Virus record (IMG/VR): IMGVR_UViG_3300006169_000019
Coordinates: 1 to 62,982 of that record
Strand: one strand, 5' to 3'
Origin: a virus
Taxonomy: Duplodnaviria > Caudoviricetes
DNA: 62,982 nt
The notes under the pieces were generated by a model. It made no database searches and had not been told where the DNA came from. It saw nothing but the letters and a program-made list of their open reading frames with translations. The stretch's first letter is position 1; each line of letters begins with the position of its first letter. This document shows, in pieces, positions 1 through 9,149 of this stretch. The translations under genes and the position numbers were made by a program.

Positions 1-87
1 CAACCAGAGCCCGTTCGCCGTCGAATGGCCCGTTCATCCCGACGACCAACCGTAAGGAGACCACATGCCGCGCAAGCTGATCATCAC
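1..87. repeat. Terminal direct repeat (circular assembly overlap), left copy
   Basis: Bases 1-87 (caaccagagc...tcatcac) are identical to 62896-62982 and cut through genes that continue across the junction. Confidence 0.95.
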
Positions 88-2623
88 GCCGTCGTCGCCG
101 TCTGGTGGTGGGGGCACGAGCATTGAGAGCCTCATCGCCCTGTCCGCGCAGAGCGTTCCGGAGGAACTTGGCCCCAACGTCGTCATCGCGAACATCGTGA
201 TGCCGCCGAACAGCGGCACGTGGTCATTCGAGGTTCCGGCCGACAAGAACGCCGGTGGCCGCGTCCAAGTCGTCGGCGCGACCCTCCGCACCACCAACGT
301 CAAGTTCGATTACGAGGGCGTGAAGCAGTACACCATCCGGGTGATCGCGACGCGGCAGGCTCCGTCCTACCTCCAGATCGACAAGGACTTTGTGATCAAC
401 GTCACGAACGTCGCGGGCGACACCCTGCCGGTGGAACTCGACTTCATCAACGACACGTTCAGCGGCGGCGCCGCGGCGGCGAACCTCACGCGGGTCGGCC
501 CGGCCAAGACGGTCAAGAACAACCTGAACCAGGACGTGGCGATTGCCGCCAACGCCATCGCTGACAGTGACATCGGCGTCTGGGTGGACGGCAAGTCGGC
601 CACGCACTACGTCGGCCGCGCGCTCCGGCCCGATGACGCCAACGGCTGGACCTTCATCGGCGAAGCCTGGGCGACCAAGGACATCACCCCGGTTCCGGGG
701 CTGGCCACGAGCAAGTACCCCTATCCGGCCCGCATGACCGGCAACAACGCCTATGAAGGCCGCATCCGGCCTCCGGTCCTGGCGAGCCCGGCCGCGGGAT
801 CGTCGGTGGTGGTCCACGTCGGCGTCATGTATGACGAAAGCGTCGCGAACCCGGCCAACACCTTCAGCCTTCGCATGTCGTGGAACGGCGGCGCCAACAC
901 CGAGACCTGGAATGTCCAGTTCCTGGACCCGGATCACGTCAACGCGCTGTCCCTGGTCAACGCGGAGAGCGGCTACACGCCCAACGGCGTCATCTCCGCG
1001 CCGATCCGGGCCGTGCGTGGCGCGGACGGCTGGACTGAACTGGCCTTCGCGGTCAACAACGTCCCGGCGAATGACTTCATCATCGACTTCATCCGGCGCG
1101 ACCAAGACACCGATCAGCTGGTGGTGGGCTACGCCAACATGTATGCCGGCACGGAAATCCTGCCGCTGCGCGACACCGGAGCCGGTCCCGGCGCCGAGGT
1201 CGTCACGGCCGACGACTACACGCTGGCCGGGCCGCTCGCCGCGATCCTCGCCGGGGCCGCTGGCACCGTCACGATGGAGGTCCAAGCCCTCAGCTACGAC
1301 ACCATCGGCGTCACCGGGATGGGCGCGGCCTCCGTTGCCGGCACGCTGCTGAAGGTCGGCGCGCAGAACCTGCTCCGGCCGGACGGCCCCACCGCCGTCA
1401 AGGGTCCGGCCGGAACGTCCCGGCCGCTGGGCATCTCTGGCTGGCGTGGCATCGTGATCGTCGGCATGGCGTGGGATGCCACCGGCGTCAGCGTGTACGC
1501 CAACGGCGGCAAAATCCTCTCCAGCGCGGGCATCACCCCGGCCGGGACGGTCAAGCTGCTGGCCGGCATCACCGGCCGCATCCGGCGTCTGGCGGGCTCG
1601 AACACCAAGATGAGCAACGCCCAGCTGCGTGAGCTCACGAGCATCACTAACAAGGAGTTCGTGCGGCCCGGCAACGCCCTCGCGCCCGGCGTCTGCAACC
1701 TCACGCACTGGAACGACTACGACAACGGCATCAACAGCGCCCTCCGTCGCCAGAGCGTCCGCGCGCCGAACCCGGCCGTGGGCCAGCCCTGGTACGCGGA
1801 CGGCGACGCGATGGCCGCCAGCTATGACCTGGGCGACGCGCTGACGGGTGAGGTGGACTTCGGCACGGCCATCTTCATCCCGCGCTACCACTTCCACAAC
1901 TGGCACCAAGCCGGTCAAGGCGACCCGCGCCCTGGTGGTGTGGTGGCTGCGATCAACGAGGAACCGGCCGCGTTCATGGACCCGGTGGGATCGGGCGGCG
2001 AAGCCGTCGTCACCCACGAGGTCGCCAACAGCGCGTGGCGGCTCCGGCTCCGTCTGACCTCCAGCCTCACGGCCGGTCAGCAGGCGCTGGTCCCGTTCGA
2101 TCCGGCGAACCCCTCGCAGCGCATGAAGTACGTCGGCGCCGCGGCCTCCACCTACAAGCAGTTCACCCAACGCTTCGGCGTCTTCTCCAGCCGCGACAAG
2201 ATGCCGGGTTTCTCCGGTGGCTGGCCTGCGTGGTGGCTCTACAGCAGCAAGCAGTCTGAAATCGACATCGAAGAGTACTACGGCGACAACATCACCAACT
2301 CGACGGACACCAAGCACGAGCCGTACCTGACCGGGCCGGAGGCCCACAAGGGCAACAACACCTCTATCGGCTTCGATCTTGGCCAGGACTTCCATGACCG
2401 GACCCTCATCTGGAAGGCCGGGTTCATGCACAAGTACCTGAACGGTGAGCGGATCGGGACGCACGCCCAGTCGGCCACGTTCGACACGGAGCCGATGTGG
2501 CTGCTGTACGACTTCGCGCTGTACCCGCCGCACGTGGACGCTGCCACCGACGCCTATCTGGCGGCGAACCCCAACGCGGCCATCGAGATTGACCGCACCA
2601 GCGTCTTCCAGTTCGCCGCGTAG
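65..2623 (+). CDS. Virion appendage/receptor-binding protein with N-terminal cadherin/Ig-like region and C-terminal GH16 glycoside hydrolase domain
   Basis: 852 aa; RBS aaggag; cadherin-like FDYE..Y.IRV.AT....DKDFVINVTNV; GH16 motif WPAWWL...EIDIEE; follows tail genes across the junction. Confidence 0.75.
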   Translation: MPRKLIITPSSPSGGGGTSIESLIALSAQSVPEELGPNVVIANIVMPPNSGTWSFEVPADKNAGGRVQVVGATLRTTNVKFDYEGVKQYTIRVIATRQAPSYLQIDKDFVINVTNVAGDTLPVELDFINDTFSGGAAAANLTRVGPAKTVKNNLNQDVAIAANAIADSDIGVWVDGKSATHYVGRALRPDDANGWTFIGEAWATKDITPVPGLATSKYPYPARMTGNNAYEGRIRPPVLASPAAGSSVVVHVGVMYDESVANPANTFSLRMSWNGGANTETWNVQFLDPDHVNALSLVNAESGYTPNGVISAPIRAVRGADGWTELAFAVNNVPANDFIIDFIRRDQDTDQLVVGYANMYAGTEILPLRDTGAGPGAEVVTADDYTLAGPLAAILAGAAGTVTMEVQALSYDTIGVTGMGAASVAGTLLKVGAQNLLRPDGPTAVKGPAGTSRPLGISGWRGIVIVGMAWDATGVSVYANGGKILSSAGITPAGTVKLLAGITGRIRRLAGSNTKMSNAQLRELTSITNKEFVRPGNALAPGVCNLTHWNDYDNGINSALRRQSVRAPNPAVGQPWYADGDAMAASYDLGDALTGEVDFGTAIFIPRYHFHNWHQAGQGDPRPGGVVAAINEEPAAFMDPVGSGGEAVVTHEVANSAWRLRLRLTSSLTAGQQALVPFDPANPSQRMKYVGAAASTYKQFTQRFGVFSSRDKMPGFSGGWPAWWLYSSKQSEIDIEEYYGDNITNSTDTKHEPYLTGPEAHKGNNTSIGFDLGQDFHDRTLIWKAGFMHKYLNGERIGTHAQSATFDTEPMWLLYDFALYPPHVDAATDAYLAANPNAAIEIDRTSVFQFAA

Positions 2624-2691
2624 TTTCTGAAAGGAGACTTTCGCGTTATAAGAGTAACTGAACAGTGACTGGCCGGAGTTGAGTAAAGCGT

Positions 2692-3117
2692 ATGGACAAT
2701 GTCAACTTCGGCCAGAAGCTGATCTTGGCGGTACTTGTACCGCTGGCGACAGTTCTTGTCGGGTGGCTGACTTGGCTGACGACGCGGGGCAAGAACCGCA
2801 TCGACGCCGGGAAGGTCGCCCACGACGCCGCCATCAGCATCATCAACGAACTGCAAGAGGAACGCGAACTGATCCGCAAGGAGCGGCGCGAGTTCCATGA
2901 AGAGCGCGTGGCCTGGAACGCGGAGCGGGCCGACTTCCGGCGCCGCCTCATCGAGTGCGAGGCGAACCAGCGCGGGCTTGAGCAATATGTGTACTCCTTG
3001 GAGACCCTTCTGCGCCGGGCTGGGATCGACATTCCCAAGCGGCCTCCGGTCCAGCCGATGATCATCATCGAGACGGAGTGCCCCACGCCGCTCATCCCGC
3101 ACCAGACGGAGCAGTAA
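2692..3117 (+). CDS. Membrane protein with coiled coil, holin/antiholin-like
   Basis: One N-terminal TM segment plus coiled coil; first gene of the lysis cassette. Confidence 0.55.
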   Translation: MDNVNFGQKLILAVLVPLATVLVGWLTWLTTRGKNRIDAGKVAHDAAISIINELQEERELIRKERREFHEERVAWNAERADFRRRLIECEANQRGLEQYVYSLETLLRRAGIDIPKRPPVQPMIIIETECPTPLIPHQTEQ

Positions 3118-3118
3118 G

Positions 3119-3661
3119 ATGGCCGATCCCTCCACCTCACCCGCGACTGAGGAAAAGGTCACAGTCCAGACCATCGAGAACACCAACACGCCGCGCGACA
3201 TTCGCGGGGTGGACAAGTCGTGGGGCTGGCGGCGCACCATGTACTTCTCTGTGGTGTGGGCCTGCACGCTGATCCTCGCGTGGATCATGCTCCGGCGCCC
3301 GATCAGTGACCCCATCATCGCGATGTACGTCAAGTACAGCTTCTACACGATGTGGCTGGGGCTCTGCCTCTATGGCGCCCAGTCGTCGGTGTCCGAGCTT
3401 GCCGAAGCGGCGGGCATTTTCTTCAGCGGACGCCGGAAGCTGCTGACAACCGCCCCGAAGGCGGCTGTGGTGGAGACCACGCCCAACGACATTGGCGGCA
3501 CGTCCGTCAAGGTCGCCTCCGGTGAGACCGTCGCCCCCATCGTTGCCGAAGCGACGGCCGACAGCGTGCGAGCGGACGCCGGGGTGGCCGCCTCGAACAC
3601 GCCGCCACCGCCCCGCCCGGCCGGGCTTGACATGGAGGACGCCCCATGGGCCAAGAAGTAG
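3119..3661 (+). CDS. Putative holin
   Basis: Two TM segments after a WGWRR motif; immediately upstream of the endolysin. Confidence 0.6.
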   Translation: MADPSTSPATEEKVTVQTIENTNTPRDIRGVDKSWGWRRTMYFSVVWACTLILAWIMLRRPISDPIIAMYVKYSFYTMWLGLCLYGAQSSVSELAEAAGIFFSGRRKLLTTAPKAAVVETTPNDIGGTSVKVASGETVAPIVAEATADSVRADAGVAASNTPPPPRPAGLDMEDAPWAKK

Positions 3662-4374
3662 CCCAGGGACTGGACGAAGCCATCGCCCAGGCCAAGGCAC
3701 TGGTCGCACGGCTAGAGGCCACCCGCGCCCAAATCTCCACACCAGCCGTCGATGTTCCGGCCGTAGTCCCGCCCGCGGTTGGCCGGAAGCCCATCGCGTG
3801 GGCCGGATACCTGCGCAGCCTTGCCGGTCAGCAGCGCGTCGGCGGCGTCTGGACGGTGGAGCGGGCCGACACGTTCATTGAGCGGGTCATCTGGATTTGC
3901 GAGCAGCTGGACATTGGGCCGAAGCCCGGCGTCATTGAGCCGTCGTGGCCCATGACGTGGATGTGTTTCGAGAGCGCGCGGACCTTCCGCAGCGACATCA
4001 AGAACCCCAACAGCAGCGGCACCGGCCTGATCCAGTTCATGGATGAGACGGCGGTCAAGGACTTGCAGACGACGCTGGCCCACCTCCGGAGCCTCACGCC
4101 GGAGGATCAGCTGAACTACGTGTTCAAGTACCTGCGCAACCGCATCCGTGAGCGCGGCCCGATCCGGCGCGCGTCGGACGGCTACCTGTCCATCCTGATG
4201 CCCGCCTACATGGACGATCCGGATGACACGGTGATCTGGACGCCCAAGGATCGGGCGTTCAAGGTCAACGCCGGGCTGGACACGAACAAGGACGGCAAGA
4301 TCATCAAAGCGGAGGTCGCCGGCATCATCTACTCGATGCTCGCCGAAGGCCTGCGCGCCCCGAACGTCGGCTGA
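3646..4374 (+). CDS. Endolysin, lysozyme-like/lytic transglycosylase fold with EF-hand-like tail
   Basis: Catalytic FES, GLIQFM, QLNYV..Y motifs; C-terminal LDTNKDGKI. Confidence 0.85.
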   Translation: MGQEVAQGLDEAIAQAKALVARLEATRAQISTPAVDVPAVVPPAVGRKPIAWAGYLRSLAGQQRVGGVWTVERADTFIERVIWICEQLDIGPKPGVIEPSWPMTWMCFESARTFRSDIKNPNSSGTGLIQFMDETAVKDLQTTLAHLRSLTPEDQLNYVFKYLRNRIRERGPIRRASDGYLSILMPAYMDDPDDTVIWTPKDRAFKVNAGLDTNKDGKIIKAEVAGIIYSMLAEGLRAPNVG

Positions 4375-4385
4375 AAGGAGCCATC

Positions 4386-4760
4386 ATGTTCGCCACCGCA
4401 ATCGCATTCTTCCGCACCAAGGCCGGTCTCACCGTCCTGGGAGCCCTCGCCGTCGCGCTGATCTGCCTCGCGCTGATCGCCCACGGCGCCTCCAAGGAGC
4501 GGAAGCGCCAGGAAGCCCGGCGCGCCATTGAGGTCGCCGAAGCCCAGGCCTTCGACACGAGGGCCGATCAGAAGTCCAGCGCCCAGCTGGCCGCAGAGGG
4601 TGAGCGGATCGCCCAGAAGCAAGAGGAACTGACCAATGCCGTCGCTCAAGCGCCTGATTCTGCTCCCGGCCCTGCTGCTGTCCTGTGGGGCTGTGGCGAG
4701 TTGCAGCGCAACGGGATCAGCACTGCAGACCTACCCGCCTGCCGAACTGCTCCGCGTTGA
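4386..4760 (+). CDS. rz: i-spanin (Rz-like)
   Basis: N-terminal TM plus periplasmic coiled coil after the endolysin; RBS aaggag. Confidence 0.75.
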   Translation: MFATAIAFFRTKAGLTVLGALAVALICLALIAHGASKERKRQEARRAIEVAEAQAFDTRADQKSSAQLAAEGERIAQKQEELTNAVAQAPDSAPGPAAVLWGCGELQRNGISTADLPACRTAPR

Positions 4761-4917
4761 GCCGGGGCCGAAGCCCACGCCCGACATCGTGACCAGCGAG
4801 GTCGCGGCGACCAAGTACCGGATCGCCAAGGACGCGCACGGCGAGCGTGGGTGGTCCAAGGTCGGCGCTCTGTGCCGGTGGGCGAAGGAACGGGGCTTCA
4901 AGGAAGCCCCCTGCTAG
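4636..4917 (+). CDS. rz1: o-spanin lipoprotein (Rz1-like)
   Basis: Overlaps Rz in another frame; signal peptide with lipobox-like Cys (VASC); Pro-rich. Confidence 0.75.
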   Translation: MPSLKRLILLPALLLSCGAVASCSATGSALQTYPPAELLRVEPGPKPTPDIVTSEVAATKYRIAKDAHGERGWSKVGALCRWAKERGFKEAPC

Positions 4918-4974
4918 CTCTGCGCTCGTAGGCCGGTTTGCCAGTCCTGGCCGGTCCACTGGTAGCGCGAGCGG

Positions 4975-5012
4975 GAGCCCCGCGGGTTTGGCTTGGCCCG
5001 CGGGGCTCTTTG
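4975..5012. terminator. Intrinsic terminator at the convergence of late and early arms
   Basis: gagccccgcggg / cccgcggggctc inverted repeat followed by ttt. Confidence 0.7.
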
Positions 5013-5038
5013 CTGTTCACGATGTCAAAGAGCGCGGG

Positions 5039-5479
5039 TCAGTCGGCCGCGTGAAGCGAAGCCACCCAATCCCAATAGTCAGGCTCGATGTGATAACCGG
5101 CGTCCCGCTCCCGCTGACGCTCCAGCGCGCGGTGATGACCCACGGCGTCCAGCGTCTGATAGCGAGCCGAGCCGTACACCGGCTCAATCTCAGCCCACAT
5201 CTCGCGATCCAGCTTGCCACCGGCGTCGAGGTGGGCTTGGACGCGACGGCGGAAAGCCTCCATGCGCCCCATCACCTCTTCATCGTCCAGGCGAGCCCAG
5301 TAGTAGCCATCCTCCGGATCGCGGCGCTGCTCACGGTCGGTCTCGCAGTGGGCGTGGGCCCAGCGGCGCCCGGCCTTGTTCTCCGCGATCAGGTAGAAGC
5401 GGCGAGCGATCACCGCGCCACCGTCTTCATCGAAGCCCAGCTGGGCGAGGTCATCACGAACGGCAACTTGAACAGTCAT
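5039..5479 (-). CDS. Hypothetical protein
   Basis: ORF with aaggagac RBS downstream of an early promoter copy. Confidence 0.7.
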   Translation of the reverse strand: MTVQVAVRDDLAQLGFDEDGGAVIARRFYLIAENKAGRRWAHAHCETDREQRRDPEDGYYWARLDDEEVMGRMEAFRRRVQAHLDAGGKLDREMWAEIEPVYGSARYQTLDAVGHHRALERQRERDAGYHIEPDYWDWVASLHAAD

Positions 5480-5501
5480 GGCGGTCTCCTTCGATGTCAC
5501 G

Positions 5502-5530
5502 ATCTAAACCTATCATGATGAAAAAGGAAA
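5502..5530 (-). promoter_or_regulatory. Early promoter copy 1
   Basis: TTTCCT-17-TTAGAT followed by the GAAGGAGAC leader. Confidence 0.65.
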
Positions 5531-5533
5531 CAA

Positions 5534-6271
5534 CTATTTTGACAAATGCGCCTTCAGCTGCCCAGCGATGTACCGGGCGTAGGCGGGCGGGATGCCGTCC
5601 GTGATCCCCTTGCAGGTGATCTTGCGATCCGGCTCAATGTCGTAGGCCGTGCCGAGCGCGGCCCGGTGGCCGCCCGGATAGCCCACAAAGTCGGCCGTGC
5701 CCCGGCCGCCCGCGGCCTTGCTCCGGATGCGCGCGTGAGCGCCGATGGCAGTGACGGCCGGTCCTTGATGGTCGCACGGCCCCGGCGCCTTGAGCGGCCA
5801 GTTCGTCTCGAAATGACGATGGCGCTGAAGGTCGAACCACCGATCACGGTAGCTGATGCCTAGCTTGAACATCGTGCCACACAGGCAGATCGGCTCGATG
5901 AGCGGAGCGCCGGGCACGTTCTCGATGACGTAGGGCTTCCCGGTGGCGCGGAGCCACGCCCTGGTGGGCGTAAGGAGGTCTGGGTGGGCCAGACCCTTGG
6001 CGGAGGGCGCGCTGGCCATCTCCGTCCACCGGAGGCACGGCGGCGACGCCCAGATGGCGTCAATCTCCACCCCATCCACCACCAGGGGCCGCCCCTCGCC
6101 GGGAAAGTGCGCGTTGCGGAAGAGTTCCATCAGGTCCATCCGGATGAACTTGCCCGGATAGTACCGCCCGGCGCCGCCGTTGATGTCGATCCCGACGACT
6201 TGGCCGCCGCTCGCCTCCAGCAGGCCGTCCGCCACGCAGCCTTCGCCGCAGAACAACTCAAGCCAGTTCAT
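5534..6271 (-). CDS. C5 cytosine DNA methyltransferase-like protein
   Basis: Motif I LFCGEG, motif IV ASPPC, motif VI IENV, QRHR (motif VIII-like). Confidence 0.75.
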   Translation of the reverse strand: MNWLELFCGEGCVADGLLEASGGQVVGIDINGGAGRYYPGKFIRMDLMELFRNAHFPGEGRPLVVDGVEIDAIWASPPCLRWTEMASAPSAKGLAHPDLLTPTRAWLRATGKPYVIENVPGAPLIEPICLCGTMFKLGISYRDRWFDLQRHRHFETNWPLKAPGPCDHQGPAVTAIGAHARIRSKAAGGRGTADFVGYPGGHRAALGTAYDIEPDRKITCKGITDGIPPAYARYIAGQLKAHLSK

Positions 6272-6989
6272 TGATCTCACCCAGCACCGGGAACTTCTCC
6301 ACGAGCACGGCCCAGACCTGCTCAGCCAGCAGTCGGTGTTCCGCTTGCGTGTTGGGCTTCATCCGGAGCCACGAGTAATGATACCACGTCCGGAGCGTCG
6401 CCTGCGTGTGCATCCGGCTGGGCGCCATCCCCTCCGGCAGGACCACGCACGCCGTCTCCGGGTGCTGGCCCTCCTTGAGCGCGTCCTGGTACTCCACCCA
6501 GGCCGCCTCCCAGACGCGCATCTGGCGCGCGATCCAGCTGGCCGAGTAGAGCGGGTCGGCCTCCCGCGCCTCCGCTCTCTGGCCCGGAACGGCCATGCGG
6601 GCCGGTGTCAGGTACGGCGTCGGCGGAATGTCCGCCGACCACCGTTGACTGAACTCCTGGAAGCGGATTGTCCAGTGCCTGAGCATCTGGCGCGCGATCC
6701 GGCGCGACGTGTGGACCTCAAAGTTCAAGGTCACCATGTCGAGCGGCGACCACTCCGCATCACGGATCAGTCGGCGGATCAGCCGCGGGCCGGTCAGGTG
6801 CTTGTCCTGATTGGCAGCTGAGGACACACGAGCGAAGTAGGCCAGCAACTCCGCTGGTGTCGCGCAAGACGTTGCGCCCGGCTCCGGCTGCGTCATCGCC
6901 GTAAGCCAAACGGAGTGCTTCGGTTCGTCGTCCATCTTCAATTGCCCAGACAAGAGTTTCTTCCCAACCGGCCCAACCAGAGCCATCAC
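6258..6989 (-). CDS. thyX: ThyX-family flavin-dependent thymidylate synthase homologue (copy 1)
   Basis: ARVS, WSP..M, SRRIARQMLRHW..FQEFSQR, LP, LR....TQAEH. Confidence 0.8.
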   Translation of the reverse strand: MMALVGPVGKKLLSGQLKMDDEPKHSVWLTAMTQPEPGATSCATPAELLAYFARVSSAANQDKHLTGPRLIRRLIRDAEWSPLDMVTLNFEVHTSRRIARQMLRHWTIRFQEFSQRWSADIPPTPYLTPARMAVPGQRAEAREADPLYSASWIARQMRVWEAAWVEYQDALKEGQHPETACVVLPEGMAPSRMHTQATLRTWYHYSWLRMKPNTQAEHRLLAEQVWAVLVEKFPVLGEINELA

Positions 6990-7021
6990 ACTTGAACATC
7001 GCCCCCTCCTTTGGCGTCAGG

Positions 7022-8785
7022 TCATTCGCACGAACGGCGGCCGGTGGTGGGGTCGATGACACACGACGCGCCTTCCACCATCGGCTCCGGCCGGGCGTCT
7101 TCATCCTTGGGCGTCGCGCCGGTCAGCAGGGCCATGCGCTTGCCGTCCTTGTTGAACGTCGTCGCGCCCTTCGCCCCGCCCGCGTAGGCGTCCACGTAGA
7201 TGCTCTTGAACTGCTCCCACGGCGTGTCGCCGTTGACGTTGCAGGTCTTGCTGACCGCGCTGTCCACGCGGGCCGCCGCGGCGATGAGCACGTCCACGTG
7301 CTGCTGGATCGTCACGTCATTGGTCGTGCGGCACGGCACGCCGCGGGCGGCGCCGTAATCGGGCACCTGGACCACGATGGGACCGTTGGGCGTGTTGAAC
7401 GGGCGTTGCGTGACTTCCTCGAACACCGGCTCAATGCCGCTGGCCACGTTGTCGGCGCAGAAGCTGATCGTGCCGGTGGGCGCGATGCTCGTGTAGTGCG
7501 AGTTCCGGAGCCCCCACCGCTTGATGTCAGCGCGGAGTTCGGCCGGGAGCGTCTTGACGAACGCGCCATCGCAGAAGTGCTTGGCATCGAACAGCGGGAA
7601 CGCGCCCTTTTCGCGGGCCAGGACCACCCCGGCGCGGTAGCACTCGTCACGGATGAGGTCCAGCATCGCCTCCTGGTGGGCGATGAACTCCGGATCGCCG
7701 TAGGACGGACGGCCCAGGATCGCTTCGATGGCTGTCGCGAGCCCGGTGACGCCCAGGCCCATCCGGCGCTTGCTCTTGGCTTCGGCCGCCTGCTGCGGGA
7801 GCGGATAGAGCGCGGCGTCCACGACGTTGTCCATGGCCCGCACGACGTGGGGAATGTCCCGGCGCAGCTGGTCGCTGTCGAAGGTCCACGTGCCGCCCAT
7901 CGTCGGCGTCAGGTACTTCGCGAGGTTGAAGGAGCCCAGGAGGCAGGCGCCGAACGGCGGCAGCGGCTGCTCGCCGCAGGGGTTGGTGGCCGCGATGGTC
8001 TCGCAGTACCAGAGGTTGTTCATCCGGTTGATGGTGTCGATGAAGAGCACGCCCGGTTCGGCCCAGTCCCAGGTGGAGCGCATCATCTGCTCCCAGAGGT
8101 CTTCCGCGTCCACCTCCCGGTACTTGCGGCCCTCGAATTGCAGCTGGAAGGTCCGCTTGGCGGCCAGCGCCTCCATGAAGGCGTCGGTGACGCCAACCGA
8201 GATGTTGAAGGCCGTCAGCTGGTCGGTGTTCTGCTTCGCGTGGACGAACTCTTCAATGTCCGGGTGATCGACCCGGAGCACGCCCATCTGGGCGCCGCGC
8301 CGGTGGCCGCTGGAGGCGATGGTCTTGCACCCGGCGTCGAACACGTACATGAAGCCGGGGTTCTGCCGATTGCCCACCGGGCCGCTGGACGCGCTCTGCA
8401 GCGAGCGGATGACGTCATTGCGCGGCCGGAGGGTGGAGAAGTCGTAGCCGATCCCGCCGCCCATGCGCATCGTCTTCATGGCTTCGGCGAACCGCTCCAT
8501 GATGGAGCCCTCGCCGTCCACGAGGCTGTCAGCGATGGTTCCGGAAACGTAGCAGTTGTAGGGCGTCGTCGCCCGGAGGGAGCCGATGGCGTTCTGGACG
8601 CGGCCCGCGGGCATGAAGCGCATATCCAGCAGCACCTCACGGAAGGCGCGGAAGTGGCCATCATCGTCGGCGAGACCGGCCGCCACCCGGTTCATGGCTT
8701 CGCGGAAGCTCTCGCCGGGTGAGCGATACTTCATCGCGTGGAGTTCATCACAAACGGGAAGCTGTGGGCCGAATTGCAAGGTCAT
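7022..8785 (-). CDS. nrdJ: Class II (adenosylcobalamin) ribonucleotide reductase
   Basis: PAGR, NCY, GGGIG, TNPCGEQ, APTGT, C-terminal C..DP..G.RSCE; no NrdB seen in the genome; start placed at MTLQF. Confidence 0.9.
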   Translation of the reverse strand: MTLQFGPQLPVCDELHAMKYRSPGESFREAMNRVAAGLADDDGHFRAFREVLLDMRFMPAGRVQNAIGSLRATTPYNCYVSGTIADSLVDGEGSIMERFAEAMKTMRMGGGIGYDFSTLRPRNDVIRSLQSASSGPVGNRQNPGFMYVFDAGCKTIASSGHRRGAQMGVLRVDHPDIEEFVHAKQNTDQLTAFNISVGVTDAFMEALAAKRTFQLQFEGRKYREVDAEDLWEQMMRSTWDWAEPGVLFIDTINRMNNLWYCETIAATNPCGEQPLPPFGACLLGSFNLAKYLTPTMGGTWTFDSDQLRRDIPHVVRAMDNVVDAALYPLPQQAAEAKSKRRMGLGVTGLATAIEAILGRPSYGDPEFIAHQEAMLDLIRDECYRAGVVLAREKGAFPLFDAKHFCDGAFVKTLPAELRADIKRWGLRNSHYTSIAPTGTISFCADNVASGIEPVFEEVTQRPFNTPNGPIVVQVPDYGAARGVPCRTTNDVTIQQHVDVLIAAAARVDSAVSKTCNVNGDTPWEQFKSIYVDAYAGGAKGATTFNKDGKRMALLTGATPKDEDARPEPMVEGASCVIDPTTGRRSCE

Positions 8786-8804
8786 TCTCCTGGGTACGCG
8801 AGGA

Positions 8805-8975
8805 TCAGCGACCTTCGCTGGTGTCCTCAAGGGTTTTGCGGTGACGTTTGGCCGCCTGGAACAGCAGGTCGGCCTCCTTGTTCTTGCCGCACGCGCGGAG
8901 TTCGGCCACGGCAGTCTCAAGTTCGGTGGCGGCCTGCTTGAGGGCTCGCCGAAGGGTGTTTTCAGCAAAGGTCAT
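8805..8975 (-). CDS. Small hypothetical protein
   Basis: MTFAEN start with aaggagac RBS behind a promoter copy. Confidence 0.6.
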   Translation of the reverse strand: MTFAENTLRRALKQAATELETAVAELRACGKNKEADLLFQAAKRHRKTLEDTSEGR

Positions 8976-9005
8976 TCCGGGTCTCCTTGAAGCGATGGAG
9001 CCCCG

Positions 9006-9034
9006 ATCTTCGCCCGCGCCGGGTGAAAAAGAAA
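9006..9034 (-). promoter_or_regulatory. Early promoter copy 2
   Basis: TTTCTT-17-GAAGAT. Confidence 0.6.
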
Positions 9035-9149
9035 GCTGAATTTCAGCGGCAAAGCGCGACGAAAAGTCCAACCACCGCGATGACAGGAACCCACGCGAGC
9101 GCCGCCAGCAGCCAGATGTGCGCGGGCGGCCGGTAAACCGGCTTGGGGG

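Noticed and set aside
1-87. 87-bp terminal repeat as a biological DTR
   Set aside because: It interrupts genes in the tail module, far from terS, and is most simply an assembler overlap of a circular or permuted genome
8786-8968. N-terminal extensions given by the ORF track for RNR (and similarly DnaE, FAD oxidoreductase, GHKL)
   Set aside because: The extensions overlap upstream genes or leaders; downstream starts with an RBS or translational coupling fit better
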